The notes under the pieces are model-generated. The model was not told the origin of the DNA. It was given only the letters and a program-made list of their open reading frames with translations, and did not search any database. From a virus (lineage: Duplodnaviria > Caudoviricetes): DNA of 26,438 nt. The stretch spans positions 1 to 26,438 of IMG/VR virus record IMGVR_UViG_3300020045_003840; one strand, written 5' to 3'. A program made the position numbers and the translations under genes. Of the stretch, positions 8,239 through 14,866 are shown in pieces (position 1 is the stretch's first letter; each line of letters opens with the position of its first letter).

Positions 8239-8461
8239 ACAGCACGACAGCGACTGCTCTTTACACAACGAGCCAGCGTATCCAAACGGTAATTGTGATT
8301 GCTCTGTAAAGAGAAACTCGTTCATAGAAGTAACAAACCCACTAATTCAATGGCTCAATGATAATGGTCATCCATATATGACAGTAATTGTAACACCTTG
8401 TAGTGCTGAATTAGTTGAGGGCCAGCTAGCTCATACTACTATGGAATTTGTGAAAGGCTAG
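8231..8461 (+). CDS. Hypothetical protein with Cys/His N-terminal module
   Basis: HDSDCSLHNEPAYPNGNCDC followed by PLIQWLNDNGHP..VIVT...AELVEG; AAGGAG RBS. Confidence 0.75.
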   Translation: MNKQHDSDCSLHNEPAYPNGNCDCSVKRNSFIEVTNPLIQWLNDNGHPYMTVIVTPCSAELVEGQLAHTTMEFVKG

Positions 8462-8464
8462 CCT

Positions 8465-8869
8465 ATGACCCAAGAAAATAAACTAACCGAGCCAGTCCAA
8501 GTTGGCCTGTGGTATCAGACAAAGGCGGGGGCTATAGTTAAGATTGATGAGAATTTAATGGGCAATAATCATGTTTTTTATAACACTTATGGCCGTTGTG
8601 TTTACGCCTCACACCAAGAACACGAGATTATTAAATGCCTTGGCGCAGACCCTTTTAATCAGCGGGGATTTGTTAGCAACATTGATGTCGGTAGCAAAAC
8701 TGAGATAACCACACCAACCCTACACGACCAAGTGGCTATGGCTGCTTTGCAGGGGTTGTTGGCAGGGGCAGGGACTCACGCTCTAAAACATAAGTGGTTT
8801 TACCTGAAATTAGCCTTTGAATACACCGATGAGTTTATGCGCCATAAAAACGAAAGGGAGAATGGGTGA
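8465..8869 (+). CDS. Mosaic hypothetical protein
   Basis: N-terminal VGLWYQTKAG module and C-terminal TLHDQVAMAALQGLLA module, both common in phage early genes. Confidence 0.75.
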   Translation: MTQENKLTEPVQVGLWYQTKAGAIVKIDENLMGNNHVFYNTYGRCVYASHQEHEIIKCLGADPFNQRGFVSNIDVGSKTEITTPTLHDQVAMAALQGLLAGAGTHALKHKWFYLKLAFEYTDEFMRHKNERENG

Positions 8870-9093
8870 TGATAAAAACTATAAAATATCTTGGTATATT
8901 ATTAAAGATTTTGATTGCCTCTTGGCTACTTGGTGGAGTTTCTGCCGTCATACTAGGTATATGGAACATAAATTTACCAAATGATTTTATGAAAGTAATG
9001 GCAACAGCGTTTATAATTATAGTAACCCTAATAGTTACTTATTGTTATTTACAAATCGCAAACATAAAATATGAACAGGAGCAAAACAAATGA
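8866..9093 (+). CDS. Two-TM membrane protein (AT-rich)
   Basis: Two hydrophobic stretches; GTGA overlap. Confidence 0.7.
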   Translation: MMIKTIKYLGILLKILIASWLLGGVSAVILGIWNINLPNDFMKVMATAFIIIVTLIVTYCYLQIANIKYEQEQNK

Positions 9094-9245
9094 TTAAATC
9101 AATATTAAACGGAATTATTTTAGGCGCTGTATTTATTACATTAACATTTTGTGGCGGGTATTTTATGGGGGTTGGTATCTATAAAGGCATGAAAAAAAGC
9201 ATTGTAGCCATAAGTATTCACACAGAAATGGAGCAAACCAAATGA
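9090..9245 (+). CDS. 51-aa membrane protein (not in ORF track)
   Basis: MIKSILNGIILGAVFITLTFCGGYFMGVGIYKGMKKSIVAISIHTEMEQTK; ATGA overlaps at both ends and GGAG RBS. Confidence 0.75.
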   Translation: MIKSILNGIILGAVFITLTFCGGYFMGVGIYKGMKKSIVAISIHTEMEQTK

Positions 9246-9574
9246 CCGATAAACACACTATGCCTGATGTTATTTACGCAGTTAATGAAGAAAGCGACTT
9301 TGAAAACTTGACGGGTAGATATTGGAATTTTGAAGAAGACATACTCGGCATAAATGAAATTATTGAAACCAGCTACACCCTCACCGACATACACGAGACA
9401 ACAAAGGCCGAGCTAGAGCGGGTTAAGCAAAGCCATGCAGGGTTGTTGGCTGCCATTAAAGATTTGAAAGATGCAGCAAAAGGCGGTGGCTACCCTCATA
9501 CATCAATAAAAACCGCAGAGAAAGCCATAGCAAACGCAGAAAAGGTGGTGGGTAATGACACAAACAGTAACTGA
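9242..9574 (+). CDS. Hypothetical protein
   Basis: Coupled ORF with helical C-terminal GLLAAIKDL...AEKAIANAE module. Confidence 0.75.
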   Translation: MTDKHTMPDVIYAVNEESDFENLTGRYWNFEEDILGINEIIETSYTLTDIHETTKAELERVKQSHAGLLAAIKDLKDAAKGGGYPHTSIKTAEKAIANAEKVVGNDTNSN

Positions 9575-9842
9575 TTGGCTAATATACTGGACGGGATTTG
9601 GCGTGCTATCAATAGCGTTTATCGTGTTTTCTGTTATAGCGTCTATTATTTTATTAAGCCTGTTAGGCGATGCGATGAAGACAGGTAGTTTTCTAATAGC
9701 TAAGCGATTTCCACACCTATTCACACTAACAAACCACGCTACAAAGTTTCATGGCGATTACAAGGGGTTTTTATTACTTGCGATTGGCGACATTAACATC
9801 GTAATTCTAAATAAAAGGGGAGATAACACAAATGACAATTAA
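9555..9842 (+). CDS. Membrane protein
   Basis: Long N-terminal hydrophobic segment; GGTGG RBS. Confidence 0.7.
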   Translation: MTQTVTDWLIYWTGFGVLSIAFIVFSVIASIILLSLLGDAMKTGSFLIAKRFPHLFTLTNHATKFHGDYKGFLLLAIGDINIVILNKRGDNTNDN

Positions 9843-10191
9843 ACTAGTGCCAGACCATAAGGGTAATATTGCTTATGTTTCTAAAATAGCTGGAAGTAAT
9901 GGACTATACGGCAATGGCGAAAGATTTGTTGCTGGTAGTAATGATTTTAGAACATGGAATGACTACCCAACCCCAGAAGCAGCAGCCGAGGCATGGAACG
10001 CAGGGGCGACTTATAACCCTGATACTCATGTTGTTGTGCCTAAAGAGCTTAACGAAACTATGACAGAGGCTATTGTGACTTTTGCTTGTGGCCCTTGGCG
10101 TGATGGCAGTCCATTTGTTGAGAAAGCCTATAAAAATGCACCAATCCTTTACGATAAATTGATAAACGCAGCACAGGAGAAAAGCGAATGA
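9832..10191 (+). CDS. Mosaic hypothetical protein with Lar-like motif
   Basis: TPEAAAEAWN resembles the Lar restriction-alleviation family C-terminal motif; followed by a VVVPKELNETMTEA...YDKLINAAQ module. Confidence 0.7.
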   Translation: MTIKLVPDHKGNIAYVSKIAGSNGLYGNGERFVAGSNDFRTWNDYPTPEAAAEAWNAGATYNPDTHVVVPKELNETMTEAIVTFACGPWRDGSPFVEKAYKNAPILYDKLINAAQEKSE

Positions 10192-10646
10192 GTGATAATT
10201 TATATTACCTACGCAATAAAGAGCAAAGGTTTTTAGGCAATGCCCCTACATTTTGGGGCAAAGAGGGTGGCTATACAGCTTATGTGCAAGGGGCGCAAAA
10301 ATTTACCGCTGCCGATGCTTTGGATAAAGTAAATTGTAGCCCTGAAAAGTTTGAGGCCATAAAATGTGCCGATATAGATTGCCGCTTGCACTATGTTTTT
10401 GATTGGCAAGATGCAAACAGCTTAGGCACTAATAAGCCATGTGGTTGGGAGTTTGGTTATGCGCCGCCACCACCAGTTGAGCCAGTAGTGCCGCTTAGCG
10501 AAGTGCTGGAGTTGTTGGGACATATACATTCAGAGTGGGTATATCCTAAAGGTGGTGCTATTACAAAAATTGTTCAAGAAAGCACAGATAGTGTTTTTGA
10601 AGTTATCCAAAATAAACTCAAACAAAAATACGGAGTAAGCGAATGA
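10188..10646 (+). CDS. Hypothetical protein
   Basis: LYYL...FLGNAPTFWGKEGGYT...AQKFT module; ATGA-coupled. Confidence 0.75.
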   Translation: MSDNLYYLRNKEQRFLGNAPTFWGKEGGYTAYVQGAQKFTAADALDKVNCSPEKFEAIKCADIDCRLHYVFDWQDANSLGTNKPCGWEFGYAPPPPVEPVVPLSEVLELLGHIHSEWVYPKGGAITKIVQESTDSVFEVIQNKLKQKYGVSE

Positions 10647-10975
10647 CACATGATTATAAAAAGGCACTTGATGATTTAGAAGAGCGTGAAAGTTTCTTTC
10701 CTGAGCATTTATCAGTTTTTATCTCCAGCCCATTAGATTTATTGACTTACAAAACCATACGCCACGCCCTAGAACTAGCCATAGCGTTGCAGCCTAAGCC
10801 GATTAGTGAGGCAGCTATTGGTCAGTGGGTTTTGACTTATAGTCCAGTAGCAGCATTGGCTTGTGCGCCAAAGTATGAAGCAATAATCGTTCCAAAACCA
10901 CTTCATGATATAGGACTTAACCCAACACACTTTTACGACATCAGCGCACTACCAAAACCAGAGGTGACGGAATGA
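10643..10975 (+). CDS. Hypothetical protein with degenerate DUF551-like C-terminus
   Basis: PKPISEA...PTHFYDISALPKP. Confidence 0.7.
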   Translation: MTHDYKKALDDLEERESFFPEHLSVFISSPLDLLTYKTIRHALELAIALQPKPISEAAIGQWVLTYSPVAALACAPKYEAIIVPKPLHDIGLNPTHFYDISALPKPEVTE

Positions 10976-11166
10976 CCGAAGACGAGTTAAGAGCCATTGA
11001 CAGGTATAGAATTGAAAAAGCTATAAAGTGCTTTGATGAAGCGCCATTGCCAAGTGATGTGGCGTGTTTTTATAATGGCGTATACTATGCGCCAATTCAA
11101 AAGGATTACATCATTGAATTTAAGAATATTTTTATGAGCAAAGCTATTAAAAAGGATAAGTTATGA
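10972..11166 (+). CDS. Hypothetical protein
   Basis: GAGG RBS and ATGA overlap. Confidence 0.7.
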   Translation: MTEDELRAIDRYRIEKAIKCFDEAPLPSDVACFYNGVYYAPIQKDYIIEFKNIFMSKAIKKDKL

Positions 11167-11513
11167 TTGACTTACCCAACGGCTGGGAAGTGGCTTATTT
11201 TTTACAGGTCACGCCAACTAGCTATAGAATGACCATAAAAAAGAACATGGAAACTAAACATTTGATTGGCATTAGCTTTGAAGAAGCCAAAGATAAAGCT
11301 TTATTTTTTTCTAGCTTTACAGGGCATAAACCAAGCTCATATGAGCCTATTATTAATAGTATTAAAAGCGGTGAGCCATATTATACAGAAAAATGGTCAC
11401 AAGCTAATTATATTAAAAAGGTTTCTATTAGATACGGCGAAAGGTTTCAAACAAAAACTATTGTCAAGAATGGTGTTAAACAATTTAAAATAACCGCCTT
11501 GACGGATAAATAA
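11163..11513 (+). CDS. Hypothetical basic protein
   Basis: AAGGA RBS and ATGA overlap; last gene of the array. Confidence 0.7.
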   Translation: MIDLPNGWEVAYFLQVTPTSYRMTIKKNMETKHLIGISFEEAKDKALFFSSFTGHKPSSYEPIINSIKSGEPYYTEKWSQANYIKKVSIRYGERFQTKTIVKNGVKQFKITALTDK

Positions 11514-11526
11514 AAATAGTTATATT
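11499..11526 (+). promoter_or_regulatory. sigma70-type promoter for the HNH-like gene
   Basis: TTGACG-16 nt-TATATT. Confidence 0.6.
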
Positions 11527-11531
11527 AAATT

Positions 11532-11578
11532 TGGGCAAAGCAGGCGAGGCGCTGGTTAACACTCCTATGCTTTGCTCA
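11532..11578 (+). promoter_or_regulatory. 5' leader stem-loop
   Basis: TGGGCAAAGCA/TGCTTTGCTCA forms an 11-bp stem (one G-U) at the predicted transcription start, with no U-tract on either strand. Confidence 0.6.
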
Positions 11579-11593
11579 CCAACTTAAGGGGGC

Positions 11594-12061
11594 GTGATGG
11601 ACGTTAAGGCTTGGTATAGAGAATTAAAGCACCATAGCACTTGCCCCTGCTGCTCTTATATGCAGCCAACAAACACCCCTATTGAATACCATCACCTTGA
11701 CCGCGCGACTAAATGCGATACGTTAAGCAATCTAGTGCATTTTAACGCCCCGCCTGCTAATATTATGGTTGAAACGCTTAAGGTTGTGGGAATATGCCAT
11801 GATCATCATGTGCGCTATCATAGACTTGAGCGCTTAGGTCATACCGATTTAATTACCAATCTTTACGATTTTTTAAATAATCCGCATTACAAAAAAGCCA
11901 TAGACGATTTCCACACTTTTGCGTGGGATATTGCCCCAGAATTAATGAAAACCGCTTATATAGATTATATGGAGAATGGCTTTGAAATATGCAATAGACA
12001 AGATAAACGACCTGCTACACCCAAGGTTTCCAACGGATATGTGCTGCGAGCGAGAGCGTGA
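11594..12061 (+). CDS. HNH-like (His-Me/Zn-finger) endonuclease
   Basis: CPCC...IEYHHLD..K..LSNL...E..K...ICHDHH..YH follows the phage C..C...FHH.DP..K...LC.NCH HNH pattern. Confidence 0.7.
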   Translation: MMDVKAWYRELKHHSTCPCCSYMQPTNTPIEYHHLDRATKCDTLSNLVHFNAPPANIMVETLKVVGICHDHHVRYHRLERLGHTDLITNLYDFLNNPHYKKAIDDFHTFAWDIAPELMKTAYIDYMENGFEICNRQDKRPATPKVSNGYVLRARA

Positions 12062-12150
12062 ACGACGCTGTTTTAATGCTTGGGTTAATTCTAGCCGTGA
12101 GGTGGTATCGCAGAGTATTAAAGTCGATTCTAGGCCATTGGCGGGATTGA
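12058..12150 (+). CDS. Possible 30-aa hydrophobic/cationic peptide (not in ORF track)
   Basis: MNDAVLMLGLILAVRWYRRVLKSILGHWRD; the GTG start overlaps the HNH stop (GTGA); weak RBS. Confidence 0.4.
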   Translation: MNDAVLMLGLILAVRWYRRVLKSILGHWRD

Positions 12151-12171
12151 TTAAAACGATAACGCCACAAT

Positions 12172-12216
12172 AAAAAAAGGGCAGCGACCGAGTAAAGCCC
12201 AATCCAAACTGCCCTT
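12172..12216 (-). terminator. Intrinsic terminator of the late (minus) operon at the convergence point
   Basis: Minus strand AAGGGCAG...GATTGGG-cttta-CTCGGTC..CTGCCCTT followed by a T-run. Confidence 0.75.
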
Positions 12217-12260
12217 AATTAACATCTAGGGTCAATAAAGACTCAAGCTGCCTGAGAACT

Positions 12261-12746
12261 TTAATTTAACACCAAAGCTAGACCAATGCAAGCACCAAAT
12301 GCGGCTTCACCAACAGTCCATGCGTTAATCCAGCTATTGCCAAACGGCTTCCAAACACCAATATAACACAATGGCATGGCTAAAGCTGGTAAGGCAAAAT
12401 AAAAGGCGTGTAGGCCATCGAACCATAACAAGACAGCAACTATCGGCGCAACCCAAACAAGGCCACGCAGCCACACCACAATAGCCCATTTAAGGTATTC
12501 TTTAGAACCTAAGTGTGCGTCACCAACAGGGTCAAATATAGCAGGGGCTTGGCCAATTCTGTGAGCAATAGCCATAGCCACGCCATAACGCCAATCAGGC
12601 AGTGTTAGGTAAGCACATAAGCCGAATAGCAGGGGGTGAATTATCTTGGATGGGAAGTATTTCGTTTTTGGAAACAGTTGCTCATAACCACCGCCACGAA
12701 TAAACCAGTTAGATAGTGCTAGGGTTATTACGATTAAAGTGTTCAT
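12261..12746 (-). CDS. Multi-TM membrane protein
   Basis: Four or more hydrophobic segments; ATGA-coupled last gene of the late operon. Confidence 0.8.
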   Translation of the reverse strand: MNTLIVITLALSNWFIRGGGYEQLFPKTKYFPSKIIHPLLFGLCAYLTLPDWRYGVAMAIAHRIGQAPAIFDPVGDAHLGSKEYLKWAIVVWLRGLVWVAPIVAVLLWFDGLHAFYFALPALAMPLCYIGVWKPFGNSWINAWTVGEAAFGACIGLALVLN

Positions 12747-12856
12747 TTTTCAACCCATAAAATATGATAATGATGTGTTAAATAGCTGTCTTTAAATTGC
12801 CAGCATAGCTCGTTTATTGTGCCATCAGGGCTTTCATAGCTTAGGTCAATAATCAT
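12743..12856 (-). CDS. 37-aa hypothetical protein (not in ORF track)
   Basis: MIIDLSYESPDGTINELCWQFKDSYLTHHYHILWVEK; ATGA overlaps at both ends. Confidence 0.65.
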   Translation of the reverse strand: MIIDLSYESPDGTINELCWQFKDSYLTHHYHILWVEK

Positions 12857-13047
12857 TTTATAAACCTTTGCAAATACCAAATGGCTTTATTTATATCCTG
12901 TTTTACATCGTCTTTACGGCCAGCACGGCTAATATATTTTAGTGCATTGCCTAAATGGAATCCTAATTCCCAATCTTCAATAACGTCTATCGGCTCAATC
13001 TTGCGGCCGTCAATATAATGCTTTGGCTTGTTAATAAGGTCGCTCAC
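12853..13047 (-). CDS. DUF3310-family protein
   Basis: INKPKHY...IEPIDVI...FHLGNALKYISRAGRK...DINKAIWYL. Confidence 0.9.
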   Translation of the reverse strand: MSDLINKPKHYIDGRKIEPIDVIEDWELGFHLGNALKYISRAGRKDDVKQDINKAIWYLQRFIK

Positions 13048-13223
13048 TTAACTGCCTCCTTAAATGCTTTGACATCATCAACTATTTTTCGCAATCTTGC
13101 CATTCCTATAGGATGTTCGGCAAGTTTTGATATGTGCAAATGTTCATAAACATAGCCGTTAGCGTCTTTACGTTCGGTTATAATTCCAAGGCGGCGCATT
13201 GTTATGGCGAAATTATCTATCAT
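13044..13223 (-). CDS. 59-aa hypothetical protein (not in ORF track)
   Basis: MIDNFAITMRRLGIITERKDANGYVYEHLHISKLAEHPIGMARLRKIVDDVKAFKEAVK; ATGA and GTGA overlaps. Confidence 0.7.
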   Translation of the reverse strand: MIDNFAITMRRLGIITERKDANGYVYEHLHISKLAEHPIGMARLRKIVDDVKAFKEAVK

Positions 13224-13423
13224 TTTACTACCACAACTTCCCAGTCACTCAAAGCATTAATCGTGCAAGGGCTGTATTTCGACTGCTCTATATCTAATGC
13301 CACGCACTCTAAAAATTCAGGGCTATAATCAATTCTCACGCTTGGCTTTGGCTCTTGCGCGCAACCGGTCAATAAGGCTGTTGCTATTAAGAGGCCGCTT
13401 ATTGATAACATCAGCTTGGACAT
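13220..13423 (-). CDS. o-spanin (Rz1-like outer-membrane lipoprotein)
   Basis: Lipobox LLTG-C; starts inside the i-spanin gene in another frame; GAGG RBS. Confidence 0.8.
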   Translation of the reverse strand: MSKLMLSISGLLIATALLTGCAQEPKPSVRIDYSPEFLECVALDIEQSKYSPCTINALSDWEVVVVK

Positions 13424-13550
13424 TGTTTACCTCAACCGCCTGTTTTATCTCTTTAGCTTGGCACTTGACCGTTGCCTTGTCAATACCAACCGCGCGGCCA
13501 TAAAAAAAAGCGGCAACTATAAAAATAATCACCGCCCCAAGTTTATACAT
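13329..13550 (-). CDS. i-spanin (Rz-like)
   Basis: N-terminal TM plus a helical periplasmic domain; overlapped by the lipoprotein gene. Confidence 0.8.
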   Translation of the reverse strand: MYKLGAVIIFIVAAFFYGRAVGIDKATVKCQAKEIKQAVEVNNVQADVINKRPLNSNSLIDRLRARAKAKREN

Positions 13551-13605
13551 TACAAACCAACGCTAAAAACAAACACACCCCTAAAAATAGTAGTGTCTTT
13601 TGCAT
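13543..13605 (-). CDS. 20-aa single-TM micropeptide (not in ORF track)
   Basis: MQKTLLFLGVCLFLALVCNV; the ATG abuts the holin stop, GAGGG RBS, and the stop overlaps the Rz start. Confidence 0.55.
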   Translation of the reverse strand: MQKTLLFLGVCLFLALVCNV

Positions 13606-13788
13606 TTATTTACCCTCAGGTAAAACAATCGCTAAAATACCGCATAAGCCAGTTAAGGCCATTAAGCCGTATTGAATCATGCCAGCGTCAATAGTCAAAC
13701 CAGCAGCAGCAGCAAGGCCAGTAATAGCAGCGTGTGTGCTTGGCTCTTTTAAACGTGCGGCGGCTTTTGCTAATAAAGATTTAATCAT
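13606..13788 (-). CDS. Holin
   Basis: 60 aa with two hydrophobic segments, RLKEPST...LPE motif, directly after the endolysin; GGAGG RBS. Confidence 0.75.
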   Translation of the reverse strand: MIKSLLAKAAARLKEPSTHAAITGLAAAAGLTIDAGMIQYGLMALTGLCGILAIVLPEGK

Positions 13789-13802
13789 AACAGACCTCCA
13801 GT

Positions 13803-14327
13803 CTATGCCTCATTATCGCTTATTTTTGTGTTGCTGTCAAGGAATACACGGCGCACGTTACTTGGCTGCTTAATCTTCCAAGGTGAGCGCCTAATGCCAA
13901 TACAACGACTTTTCAATATCTTAACAATACTTACGGCATCGCCTTGGTTTCCGCCCAGCACATGGTAGCAGTCGGCATCTTCACCAACATACAAACCCAC
14001 ATGGCCGCCGCCTTTACGGCTAAACACCAACACATCGCCCAGCATAGCTACATCTTGCTTAACGCCCCATGTTGCCCAATGGCGTGCGCTTAAAACATTA
14101 CCTTTATGGGTATAACCAGCTTGACTTGTGCAATGCGCCATAAATAAGCCACACCAAGGCACACTATCGGCATTATAAGCATTGACTATCCAGCCGCCTA
14201 TATCCTTAGCCCAGCCCATGATTGTAGGGTTGTTGGCAATGCCTGCGCCCTCTTTGAGGCCAATGTGTAAAAAGGCAGCGTGTAGCACCTTGGGAAGTTT
14301 TTCAGCTAATAAATGCTGGTAGCTCAT
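13803..14327 (-). CDS. Endolysin, TIGR02594-like (NlpC/P60/CHAP-type)
   Basis: NNPTI...D.VPWCGLF...AR.W..WG...GDVLVFSRKGGGHVGLY...VLGGNQ. Confidence 0.88.
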   Translation of the reverse strand: MSYQHLLAEKLPKVLHAAFLHIGLKEGAGIANNPTIMGWAKDIGGWIVNAYNADSVPWCGLFMAHCTSQAGYTHKGNVLSARHWATWGVKQDVAMLGDVLVFSRKGGGHVGLYVGEDADCYHVLGGNQGDAVSIVKILKSRCIGIRRSPWKIKQPSNVRRVFLDSNTKISDNEA

Positions 14328-14419
14328 TAAGCTATTCTCCGCCCACCATTAGGGGCAGGCTTAGGCTTTGGCTTAGGGGGTTTAGGCATTGGCTTTGGTT
14401 TAGTCGGCTTAATTGCCAT
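14327..14419 (-). CDS. 30-aa Pro/Lys-rich peptide (not in ORF track)
   Basis: MAIKPTKPKPMPKPPKPKPKPAPNGGRRIA; GGAG RBS, start overlaps the upstream gene, and the stop is TAATG-coupled to the endolysin. Confidence 0.7.
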   Translation of the reverse strand: MAIKPTKPKPMPKPPKPKPKPAPNGGRRIA

Positions 14420-14702
14420 AGCGATTCTCCAAGTTAGTTACACGGCGGTCAAGGTTTTTCACGTCACCACGTATGGCTGTATTATCCTGCTTTAAACCAG
14501 CATAGCCATCGTTTAGCTCTTTTACACTTTCGCTTATATCAGCTAGCTTTTCGTTTGTCGAGGCTTGTTGAGTTACCAATATAGCTAAGCTAGTGTTTGT
14601 GAAGTTATTTTGATAAATCTGATAACCGCCAACGCCTGATAATGTCACAAGCAAGGCCAGCACGCCCAATAAATCAATCTGGATTATCTTTTCTTTACGC
14701 AT
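14409..14702 (-). CDS. Single-TM coiled-coil protein (holin-like/lysis-associated)
   Basis: N-terminal TM and heptad C-terminus (VKNLDRRVTNLE); upstream of the endolysin. Confidence 0.7.
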   Translation of the reverse strand: MRKEKIIQIDLLGVLALLVTLSGVGGYQIYQNNFTNTSLAILVTQQASTNEKLADISESVKELNDGYAGLKQDNTAIRGDVKNLDRRVTNLENRYGN

Positions 14703-14866
14703 TACGCTGTTTCCACTATCGCTATAGGCAATTTTTCGGCTTTAAAAATATCTAAATTTTGGTTAATAGGGCAAACTAAATAAAGCGTTTTGCCAGTATC
14801 TTTATTAGCAAATATTACCTGATAACCTGCCTCTTGGCTAATTAAAAAGTGACTAACTTCTATCAT
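14702..14866 (-). CDS. 54-aa hypothetical protein (not in ORF track)
   Basis: MIEVSHFLISQEAGYQVIFANKDTGKTLYLVCPINQNLDIFKAEKLPIAIVETA; ATGA and TAATG overlaps. Confidence 0.65.
   Translation of the reverse strand: MIEVSHFLISQEAGYQVIFANKDTGKTLYLVCPINQNLDIFKAEKLPIAIVETA

Noticed and set aside
11532-11578. HEARO/omegaRNA (IscB-type) assignment for the HNH leader
   Set aside because: The leader is far too short, and the protein lacks the PLMP and RuvC motifs.
11942-12202. ORFs 11942..12202 (-) and 11976..12173 (+)
   Set aside because: They overlap the HNH gene and terminator and have no convincing RBS.
12241-12257. Small hairpin CTCAGG-cag-CTTGAG on the minus strand
   Set aside because: Weak stem with a poor U-tract; the stronger terminator lies just downstream.
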